Assembly: GCF_006345805.1 (NCBI RefSeq)
Contig: NW_021823590.1
Span: 1-21,950, forward strand
DNA: 21,950 nucleotides
From: Octopus sinensis
Taxonomy: Eukaryota
Direction of reading: 5' to 3'
Positions 1-9,420 of the stretch are shown here, piece after piece. Under the pieces are notes generated by a model that was not told where the DNA came from, ran no database searches, and was given only the letters and a program-made list of their open reading frames with translations. How positions within the stretch are numbered: the stretch's first letter is position 1; each line of letters opens with the position of its first letter. The position numbers and the translations under genes were made by a program.

Positions 1-126
1 ATAGATAGATATAGACAACAGATAGTTACATAGAGAGAAATGGTAGACAGACGGATAGTGTGACATACAGATAGAGGGGCAAATATATATATAGATAGAT
101 AGATAGATAGATAAACAGACAGGATG

Positions 127-186
<60 letters not shown>

Positions 187-196
187 TAGACAATAG
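1..196. repeat. (GATA)n microsatellite
   Basis: Tandem tagatagata units; source of the IYLS ORF 26..217. Confidence 0.95.
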
Positions 197-347
197 GCAT
201 AACGAAAAACAGAACATTTAAGTCATTGTATAATGAATTTCTGACACACGATCAAAGGCTTCGACGGCAAAAAATCAAAGCGAAATGTTTTCTTGTGTCT
301 TTTGTTGGTGATGTTGTAGAAATCGGGCACTACAAACGGAATCTTAC

Positions 348-433
348 GGAATCACAGCCGATTAACACCAATGTAACGCAGAATAGGAAACTGAAACGCT
401 CTGGTGTATTTATATTTATTAAATATCTTGTTG
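348..433 (-). CDS. Candidate 86-nt internal exon on the minus strand (xTRYLININTPERFSFLFCVTLVLIGCDS)
   Basis: Minus strand reads tgtcttctctgtttcttcttcatattcatcag|CAACAAG...GATTCC|gtaaga: long pyrimidine tract plus good donor. One frame is open across it. No homology recognised. Confidence 0.3.
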
Positions 434-589
434 CTGATGAATATGAAGAAGAAACAGAGAAGACATATTAAAGATGGCCGATCAGTAAAATGGCAGGAGG
501 GAGAAATTAATTTTAGATGCAGGGAATGGATTAAATTCGATCGATAGAACGGTATTATAATACTGTATGAACGCAGTTGTATATGTGTA

Positions 590-786
590 TGTAGAAACGC
601 AGGTATATATGTTTGTGTATAAGTAGTATGCTTGTATATTTTTTTTATATATGCTTGCGTGTATGTTTGTATGTACCATTATATTTGTATTTATCTATGT
701 ATTGCATATAAGCATATATATGTATGTATGAATATATATAATATTATATATATATATATATATTTCATATATTCATATATATATTC

Positions 787-821
<35 letters not shown>

Positions 822-1135
822 ATTAATGTATGTTAATGTATGTATTATGTATGTATATATGTATGTATTTTGTATGTGCGTAAGTGTATGTATCTGTATA
901 TGTATATATGTATATGCGTGTATGTGCAAATATGCATATATATACATATATATATATATAACTCTCAATCTCTCTCTCTCTCTTTGTATATATATAGAGA
1001 GAGAAGGAGGGGGAGAGAGAATGATGGATAGAAAGATAGGCAGATAGACATAAAGCAATACGCATGCGCATGCGCGAGCGCACAATAAACACCGACACAC
1101 ACACACACACACATATTCATACGTATATATTAGAA
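590..1135. repeat. Mixed (TA)n/(TATG)n/(CT)n/(GA)n/(CA)n microsatellite tract
   Basis: Direct reading of the sequence. Confidence 0.9.
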
Positions 1136-1392
1136 ATCTATACTGTTTTCGAATTTATCTCCTACTATTACAACATGTATACAAACGAACAGACGTCCTT
1201 TTCACACATACATATAATACACAAATACATACATACATACATACATACATACATACATACATACATACATACATACATACATACTTGCATACATCTATTT
1301 ATGCGTATATAAAAATCATAAACATATTTCCTATTATTCATACGCATTCGTACATGTCAGTCGATGCCCGTGATAGTCTTTCTCTCCCTCGC

Positions 1393-1455
<63 letters not shown>

Positions 1456-1521
1456 GCCTGTCTGTCCGTCTGTCTGTCTGTCTGTCTTTCTATCTATCTA
1501 TCTATATTTATCTATCTATTT

Positions 1522-1566
<45 letters not shown>

Positions 1567-2011
1567 TTATATATATATATATATATATATACATAAACAT
1601 ATACATACATATATATATATATTATATATATATATATCTACGTATGAGTATATATATCTATATATATATATAATATATAAATATATATACTCATATACGT
1701 AGATATATATTTGCAACGAGAAAGAGAAAGACTGGGGGAGTGAGAGACAGAGAAATTTCAAGCCAAACACGCGCATAAACAGACGTATACGCTGAATCAC
1801 AACAATACGCATGCGCGCATTGCAAGTTACCGGCAAAAAAAAAACATCAACGTAGCTGTGAGAATATGCGCATGCGTATTTGCATGTCAATGTCTTTGTG
1901 CACGTACATTAGATGGATGTTCAAAGCCCTTGAAAGTTTTTTTTGAGAAAAAACTCATTTTTAAGAGCAATCACATAAAGGCCCACACCCGCATAGACGC
2001 ACGCATGCGCA
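1057..2011. promoter_or_regulatory. Cluster of NRF1/EWG-type motifs (YGCGCAYGCGCR); candidate promoter centred near 1760-2110
   Basis: Exact match TGCGCATGCGCG at 1065-1076. One-mismatch copies at 1806-1817, 1867-1878 and 2000-2011. The local sequence is visibly CpG-richer than its flanks. Confidence 0.5.
1215..1700. repeat. (CATA)n, (CTAT)n, (CT)n and (TA)n microsatellites
   Basis: Direct reading of the sequence. Confidence 0.9.
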
Positions 2012-2485
2012 GTACACGCACACTCACACAGACGAAATCACGACCCGCTCCGGTTTTACATACAAACCGCGTGCGCTATATATTTTTCAATAACAAGAGG
2101 CGCTTCAATGCGATGTTTCAAAATGCTAAGAATAGCAGTCAAGCTTGATTTCAGTTTCAAACTTCAGTTTTAGGGGAAGAGAGGACCATCATTGACAATT
2201 TGCTCTTGAGGGCATGAAATAACAGATGGGCATTGATGAACTTGATCAAGGGGCCACCGAGCGGTACCTTGAACAAATGTCTTCTGTTACAGCAACCGGA
2301 TGACCAAACAGAAAAGAGCCTTTCGTGAATGTGTGTGTGTGTGTATCCATATTTCGTTTTGGGATTTGGTTTGCAAGATTCCTTATGTGAGTTCGTGTGT
2401 TGAAGCATATTCTGTCGTGTCTGGGGAGAATCATTTTCTTTTTGTGCCTTATAAGATAGATAGATAGATAGATGTAGATATATAT

Positions 2486-2618
2486 AAAGTACGATTTATT
2501 CGTGATCAGGGGCGTTCGTAAAGCGAGGTACTACTGTATTAAGTGAATATGAGAAAGACCGGAGATAAAGTACTATTCATTCGTGATCAGAGTTATACGA
2601 AAACGAAGTTCTACTGTA
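2486..2618. mobile_element. Two tandem, same-orientation Tc1/mariner-pogo (Tigger-like) TIR-like ends
   Basis: About 81-bp period; the units end ...gcgaggtactactg|ta (2536) and ...cgaagttctactg|ta (2616), i.e. TA|CAGTAG on the minus strand, typical of pogo/Tigger-type termini. No partner left TIR seen. Confidence 0.4.
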
Positions 2619-3071
2619 TAAGAGATTCGGATATGTCTGCGATGGAGTTGGGGTTTGTTAATGAATGTGGGAGGAAATTAGAATGATAAAGAAGTAAACA
2701 ATTATCTCATGAATTTCATTAGCTGCCAGCTGTTTCTGCTATAAGATGCAATGCACTCACAGTTGAATGAGCTTGTATCACCCTATGGCTTCATCGGAGC
2801 CTCAAACATGAAGCACTGTCCACTATCACTCATTCGCTTTTCCTGCCAACCAGTTTTTATACTTCATACTTCTCGATTTTTCTTCTACAGTTATCTCCTG
2901 ATGAAGAACTTGCAATCCAAACTCTAAATCTCACTACATTTTCTTTTTATTTTAAAGTTAATCTTATACTTATACTTATATTTGTCAAATGCTGTCCATC
3001 TTCTGCTGCCTTATCTCATTTTGTTCATTGCTGCCATAAGATATATATATATGTGTGTGCCTGTGTGTGTG

Positions 3072-3218
3072 AGTCAATCAAATCCACTAACTAGGCTTTG
3101 GTCGGCCCAAGGCTACAGTAGAAGACACTTGCCCAACGTGCCGAACAGTGGGACTGAACCCGGAACCATGTGGTTTGGGGGGAAGCTTCTGACCACGCAG
3201 TTCAGCCTGTGCCTATAC
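3072..3218 (-). mobile_element. tRNA-derived SINE, 5' half (family A, CORE-like)
   Basis: Reverse complement of the head at 10181-10345: B-box gggttcagtccc and ttgggcaagtgtctt motif. Confidence 0.9.
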
Positions 3219-3640
3219 ACAGGCTCGTGCACAAGCATATATGTATATATATATATATATATATATCTTGTATTCACATCCGTCTTGTGCGTTCACATTC
3301 CTGTCTTCTACCAAGAAATCTAATGCTTACAGCTTAGTTTTTTTTCTTGGGGCTGGCCGAGTTGGAGCAAATATCAGAATTGAACAGCCGAAATTTGCTA
3401 TGATGATTCGGTGTCTGACTGAAGATTGAAGGCTTCGAATGATTTGTCTGTGTTCCGTGTTCGTCCCTTCCTGTATTTCACGTTTCATTATATATAAAAA
3501 CTTCATTCTCATTATATATATATATATATATATAATATATATATATATGTGCGTGTGTGTGTGAGTGTTTGTGTGTGTGTGTGTATATATATATACACGT
3601 ACATATAGACATATAGATATACATATATATATATATATAT

Positions 3641-3745
3641 TGCTTGTTTCAGTCATTGGACTGCTCATGTTCTTGAAGGGCTTAGTCGAAAACAATCAAC
3701 TTCAGTATATATGTTTACTCTCTGGTACATATTCTAACTGGATTT
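3641..3745 (-). mobile_element. Family A SINE 3' tail fragment
   Basis: cttgtttcagtcatt... matches the reverse complement of 10560-10610. Confidence 0.7.
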
Positions 3746-3769
3746 TTCGTAAGTAACTGGTCCTAGTTG

Positions 3770-3885
3770 TCATGTGTATTGTTTTGTTGAATAACACAAC
3801 GAACTACCACATTCAGGGATCGAAAGCACAGTGTTGCGATCGTTAATGCTGCCATACTCTAACCGCTAGACCCACGCCTTCAAGA
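3770..3885 (-). mobile_element. Diverged tRNA-derived SINE head (family B)
   Basis: gggatcgaaa (B-box) and ctctaaccgctagacccacgccttca parallel 15171-15234. Confidence 0.55.
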
Positions 3886-3929
3886 TGTAAGGTGTGGTAT
3901 ATATATCTTCTTTGTTTTGTTTTTTTTTT

Positions 3930-4105
3930 TACATGTTTTAGTCATTAGACTGCGGCCTTGAAAAGACTTAGTCCAACAAATAGACCTCAGTGTATATTTT
4001 AAGCATGGGGATTATTTTATTGGCAATTTTTGACGAACCGCTACGTTGCGGGGATATAACGACATCAAGCATTGGTGGGGTACAAACAGAGACACAGAGA
4101 GAGCA
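3930..4105 (-). mobile_element. Family A SINE 3' half, diverged
   Basis: ttttagtcattagactgcggcc...ttgacgaaccgctacgttgcggggatata matches the reverse complement of 10430-10610. Confidence 0.75.
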
Positions 4106-4109
4106 CACA

Positions 4110-4918
4110 CTCACACATACACAACATACATACAAACATACATACATAGATAAATACATACATACATATAATACATAGATAAATACATACATACCATACA
4201 TACATGCATACATACATACATACATACATACATACATACATACAAACATACATACATAGATAAATACATACATACATACATACATAGATAAATACATACA
4301 TACATACATACATACATACATGCATGCATACATACATACATACATACATACATACATACATAGCATACATGCATGCATACATACATGCATGCATACATAC
4401 ATACAGCATACATACATACATACATGCATGCATGCATACATACATACATACACATACATACATGGCATGCATACATACATACATCATGCATGCATACATA
4501 CATACATACATACATACATACATACATGCATACATACATACATGCATACATACATACATGCATACATACATACATACATACATACATACATGCATACATA
4601 CATACATGCATACATACATACATGCATACATACATACATACATTCATACATACATACATACATGCATACATGCATACATACATACATACATACATACATA
4701 CATACATACATGCATACATACATACATACATACATACATACATACATACATACATACATGCATACATACATACATGCATACATACATGCATACATACATA
4801 CATACATACATACATACATACATACACACAAACATACATACATACATACATACATACAAACATACATACATACATACATACACACAAACATACATACATA
4901 CATACATACATACATACA

Positions 4919-4947
<29 letters not shown>
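4110..4947. repeat. About 830-bp (CATA)n array with CATG variants
   Basis: Direct reading; source of the HTYI/MYVC ORFs. Confidence 0.97.
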
Positions 4948-4949
<2 letters not shown>

Positions 4950-5193
4950 CGGCTGGCCTTCAGAGTGGAGAGAAGGGATAATCATCACTCTATGATTCAT
5001 CCAATAATGCAGCATCCCCTGATGAAATGAATCAATGATGATGATCAACCGGATGCCCAAGGATAATACTACAGACTACATTGTACTAATTCCAAGTATA
5101 CCGGCTCTGATGTTAAAATCATGTGATTCGTGGGAAAGCGCGTAGCGATGTATATAAATATATATAGATATATATAAATTCCATCCTAGAATT

Positions 5194-5232
5194 ATTGTTA
5201 TAACACACACACACACACGCACGCACACACAC

Positions 5233-5274
<42 letters not shown>

Positions 5275-5300
5275 ACACACATATATATATTTATGTGTGT
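5194..5300. repeat. (CA)n/(CGCA) and (TA)n microsatellite
   Basis: Direct reading of the sequence. Confidence 0.9.
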
Positions 5301-5328
5301 ATACATATAACGGATTTATTCTAATTTC

Positions 5329-5475
5329 AGTCAATCAAATCCACTAACTAGGCTTTGGTCGGCCCAAGGCTACAGTAGAAGACACTTGCCCAACGTGCCG
5401 AACAGTGGGACTGAACCCGGAACCATGTGGTTTGGAAGGAAGCTTCTGACCACGCAGCTCAGCCTGTGCCCATAC
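5329..5475 (-). mobile_element. Family A SINE 5' half, near-identical to 3072-3218
   Basis: Same motifs and same private variants as the 3072 copy. Confidence 0.9.
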
Positions 5476-5494
5476 ACAGGCTCGTGCACAAGCA

Positions 5495-5537
<43 letters not shown>

Positions 5538-5544
5538 TATATAA

Positions 5545-5760
5545 TATTAATTAGAGACAAAACCCACTATTATGCAAATCAACAAAGAAGACTTAATCCA
5601 ATACATAAAAAGTTTATATAATTAAATATAATTAAGATTAATTAAGATATGTGGATATCTTAATTAATCTTAATTATATTTAATTTATATAAAAATTTTA
5701 TGTATGGATTAAGTCTTTCTTTGTTTGATTTGCATAATAGTGGTTTGTCTCTAATTAATA
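5545..5760. repeat. Palindrome with 106-bp arms and a 4-nt loop (GTGG, 5651-5654)
   Basis: Arms 5545-5650 and 5655-5760 are reverse complements; most differences are homopolymer lengths. Confidence 0.95.
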
Positions 5761-5836
5761 CATTATATTTTACTATAAATTGGATTCAATCATAAATCTG
5801 ATTTTCCCTGTAAATTTGGATTTATTCCCTAATATT

Positions 5837-5917
<81 letters not shown>

Positions 5918-5919
5918 TA

Positions 5920-6130
5920 TATGTCTGTGGTCTGTGTTTGTCGCCCCACCATCGCTTGGCAATCGATGTTGGTGTGTTTACGTCTCCGGTATCTTAGCGG
6001 TTCAGCAAAAGAGACCGATAGAATAAGTACTAGGCTTACAAAGAATAAGTCCTGGGGTCGATTTGTTCGAATAAAGGCGGTACTCCAGCATGGCCGTAGT
6101 CAAGTGACTGAAACAAGGAAAAGAGAAAAA
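5920..6130 (+). mobile_element. Family A SINE 3' half following a (TA)n tract
   Basis: ggtgtgtttacgtc...gaccgatagaataagtactaggcttac...ccagcatggccgtagtcaagtgactgaaacaag matches 10430-10610. Confidence 0.85.
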
Positions 6131-6134
6131 AGAG

Positions 6135-6897
6135 TGTGTGGGCTCAACGCTCATCCCTTCTTCATCTAACCGTCCTCCTCTCTCCTCTCTTCCGCTCACA
6201 CCTACTTAACCCCACCCACCTCTCCTCTCTTGCTCTGGCACCTTACTTCCTCTCTTCACTCCTACCCACCTTCTCCTTTCCCCTTGTCCTTTCATCGTCA
6301 CCTGCTCCCTCGTTACTCCATCCCTACACATTCCAATGTCCCCATCCCTATACATCCCATCCCACCTCCACCCAAACCCTTAGACCCCCACCCTGGTTTC
6401 CCACACTCTCGCCTCCCCCACACCCCAACATCACCACACCACACACTACCACACCTCACACCACCATACCACGCCTCACCACATCACTTCACCCGCACAC
6501 ACTAGCACTGACCACTTCGCGGCACCTATACCATCATCCACACACCTACACATACACACACGCACACGTCAAAGTCACCAGCCCTCTTCCACACGCACGT
6601 ACACGCTCTCACATACACACTCACGCGCACCTTCGTTTTGGGATCACCGCTACCTTATTATCTCCTCTTCGTTCTAGCTCTCCTGTGTGGTCCCTCTGTC
6701 CGGCATTCGCCATGATAGATCGCTAGCCTCTAAACCTTTTTTCTGCTTTCTCTCCCTGTTTATTCTGTGTTCCTTTCTGCCGAAGAGCGTAGGCTCGAAA
6801 CGTAAAAGACTTTCTCTCTTCCCGTGCGTTAATCTAATACATCTGTTTGTTGTTCATACACCCGTCTTTGTCTTTGTTTTTTGTAAATTCTCACTAG
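6135..6897 (+). mobile_element. Probable Penelope-like element 3'/pseudo-LTR fragment (C-rich body plus hammerhead-like motif)
   Basis: 6735-6840 is homologous to 9333-9420, contains CCGAAGA...GAAACGTA, and ends in (TA)n. Family assignment is inferred from the motif and recalled resemblance; no RT or GIY-YIG ORF seen. Confidence 0.5.
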
Positions 6898-6911
6898 ATA
6901 TATATATATAT

Positions 6912-6951
<40 letters not shown>

Positions 6952-7517
6952 GTGCTTATATTGATAATTATATGGTTATTGACGATTAAGTCTATTTCGG
7001 CATATTTGGCATTGAAATTTAAACTTTTGCCCTTGTTTACAAGTTGTTTATATATTTAACCTTTAAAGGCATATTTTTAATATGCTGGCCATTGATAAAT
7101 TTTTTTCGAAAATTTTATCCTATATTAGATGTAAATTTAGTACTATTCACTTCCGGACTCTCTCACTCTATGAGAATTTTCAGTCCGATCACACGTCTCT
7201 CGAGGTATGCTGTGAAATTTCTATTTTGGATATATTTGGGGTACTTAAGTGTGCTCATGACTTAGTGTTTACTTCTTCCATAGGTATAAGTAAGTATCTC
7301 ATTTATTTTCTTATCGTATTTATCGCTGATGACGAGAAAATTCTAAATGAATTAACTCAGAAATTGGGACCGATCCGATAATAACATGTTTTTAGAAATT
7401 TCTATCGGCTTGCTTTCGAGAACGTGCTTATAGTGATAAATTATATGGTTATTGACGATTAAGTCTATTTCAGCATATTTGGCATTGAATTTTTTTCTTT
7501 TGCCCTTCTTCATAAGT

Positions 7518-7526
<9 letters not shown>
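6952..7526 (+). mobile_element. 472-bp-period terminally redundant element containing a hammerhead ribozyme (retrozyme-like or Penelope pseudo-LTR)
   Basis: Direct repeat 6952-7054 / 7424-7526 (gtgcttata...ggttattgacgattaagtctatttc...aagttg); (TA)n on both sides; hammerhead at 7320-7381. Confidence 0.65.
7320..7381 (+). ncRNA. Type I hammerhead ribozyme, near-intact
   Basis: Helix I TTATCG (7320-7325)/CGATAA (7376-7381); core CTGATGA (7326-7332); helix II GAG/CTC + 2x2 A loop + AATTC/GAATT; GAAA (7360-7363); helix III A-T, T-A, T.G, G-C with GGAC loop; cleavage triplet ATC (7373-7375). Main departure: C.A at the 10.1-11.1 pair. Confidence 0.8.
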
Positions 7527-7564
<38 letters not shown>

Positions 7565-7573
7565 ATGTATATA

Positions 7574-7983
7574 TATACAAGATAAGAAATTGGAGAAATA
7601 CATCTAAATCAAATATCAATTACCAGATAATACTCAATCACATACTTTATTAAACCACCACATAAGAGACTGTAGGGTTAAACATAAAAAAGCAGAACAA
7701 ATCAGTGTACATAAAGGAATGTACATAAAAAAGTGTACATAAAAGAGTAATGTTGTATATGTAGAATATATATAAAAAAGAGAATATTTCTTCTTATTAT
7801 ACAACATTACTCTATTATGTACACTTTTTTATATACATTCCTTTATGTACACTGATTTGTTCTGCTTTTTTATGTTTAACCCTACAGTCTCTTATGTGGT
7901 GGTTTAATAAGTATGTGATTGAGTGTTATCTGGTAATTGATATTTGATTTAGATGTATTTCTCCCATTTTCTTATCTTGTATA
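7574..7983. repeat. Inverted repeat with 186-bp arms (7574-7759 / 7798-7983) and a 38-nt spacer
   Basis: Manual alignment gives about 6 differences. Confidence 0.95.
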
Positions 7984-8182
7984 GTAATTTGTGGTAAATC
8001 ATTTTACCTTGGCCCATATAATACAGTAAATGAATTGATTGCATCGCAATCCTTAACATTTATGTATTAACTTTGTTGGGTACTTCACTAGCAGTATATT
8101 GGATATATTTTATCCCATAGAGGGTTGCATTTACAACCCCTATCTCAATTTGTATGTGTATATATATATATATATATATATA

Positions 8183-8572
8183 CGAGCAAAACGCCCCCCG
8201 TCCAACGGACGGTGCTGCTGAGTTGTCAAACATTTAAACCAAATTTTCTCAAACAACTTGTCCGACCGTCCCATAGGCCTCAGCTTTCAGAAACACTGAT
8301 TTAACCTAAATTTGAGACACCGTGCATTTTTCTCGCGTACGCGTAGTACCGATTGCAACAGCTGATGTACTTGCGCGTACAAATGCACGTTCCCATCGAT
8401 CGCATTCTCACCTGGAATCGATATTTTTAATTTATTCAATACTTATACACGCCCTGATACCGTCGGTATCTACATATCAAATTTGAGCGCAATCGGATGG
8501 AGGATGCCCGAGATCCTATAAGACACACACACACAGACACACAGACAGACAGAACGGATTTTATATAATAGA
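8183..8572 (-). mobile_element. Non-autonomous Helitron (family 1)
   Basis: Minus strand starts TCTATTATATAAAA. It ends with the hairpin CCGTCC-aac-GGACGG (8198-8212) and CTCG (CTAG variant). It sits between host A8182 and T8573 with no TSD. Confidence 0.8.
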
Positions 8573-8626
8573 TATAAGATGCGAAAATACATCAATCGCA
8601 TAACCCGCGTATGTTTTGTCACGAAG

Positions 8627-8647
8627 GAACAATGTATGTTAATGATG
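8627..8647 (+). CDS. Candidate 21-nt micro-exon (xTMYVND/G)
   Basis: gttttgtcacgaag|GAACAATGTATGTTAATGATG|gtaagt: consensus donor, weak acceptor. Its phase-1 end fits exon 12730. Confidence 0.2.
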
Positions 8648-8859
8648 GTAAGTTTGGTGCATATGTATAGAAGCATATATTATGGATGATTATCTATGCT
8701 CGGTTACAGATAGCATGCTTAAGCCGATATAACGTGAGTACTTAATATTATTTTAATGTTGTGTCTGTTAGCTCCACAATGCTTGGTAGTTAACCATGTT
8801 TTTGTGTTATTTACGCAATGAATTGTTGCCGCTGTATGCGTGTACACAAGTATGCTTAC

Positions 8860-9124
8860 CTCTATGTTTGTATGTGTGTATGTATGTGTGCACGTATTTA
8901 TGTGTATGTATGCCTGTGTGTGTGTGCTTGTGTGTATGTGTTTGTATGTATGTATATATGTATATATATATGTGTTCATATATGTGTGTGTGTGTGTGTG
9001 TTTGTGTGTGTATAAAAACTTACTTGGAGGATAAGAAACGACGCGAGGCGCTCAGTCATATAATAACGATTTAACAAATAAAACATATGCATACATACAT
9101 ACATCTATATATATATATACATGC

Positions 9125-9157
<33 letters not shown>

Positions 9158-9176
9158 AACACACATATATATATAT

Positions 9177-9210
<34 letters not shown>

Positions 9211-9225
9211 ATATATATATATATA
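8860..9225. repeat. (TG)n/(TA)n/(CATA)n microsatellite tract
   Basis: Direct reading of the sequence. Confidence 0.9.
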
Positions 9226-9420
9226 GTTAATCCACACATGAAAACACAAAGAGAAAACACAACAACGCGAGGACGTGGAACAAGTATAGTGTTATTGGAC
9301 GCACAGGAAGGAAGAGAAGAAGGAGGATCTAACCTTTTCCTATTTTCTCTCCCTGTTTATTTCTGTACTCCTTTCTCCGAAGATCGTAAGCTCGAAACGT
9401 AGGAGCGTTAAACTAATATA
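9226..9420. mobile_element. Penelope-like pseudo-LTR fragments with a degenerate hammerhead-like motif (9377-9401)
   Basis: 9333-9420 aligns to 6735-6840 with an internal deletion after GAAACGTA; flanked by (TA)n. Confidence 0.5.

Noticed and set aside
226-471. 81-aa + strand ORF
   Set aside because: No recognisable homology and weak donor sites; the splice signals fit a minus-strand exon better.
2100-2330. Coding-looking stretch downstream of the NRF1 cluster, plus the strong acceptor at 2890
   Set aside because: Short frames interrupted by stops, and no convincing donor pairing; it may be UTR.
5012-5115. C/D snoRNA-like TGATGA...CTGA, or a hammerhead at CTGATGA 5019 with GCATCC/GGATGC stem
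   Set aside because: No proper terminal stem or recognisable rRNA guide for a snoRNA; no GAAA strand for a hammerhead.
8710-8733. 24-nt + strand micro-exon with a GTGAGT donor
   Set aside because: Its only open phase is incompatible with the neighbouring candidate exons.
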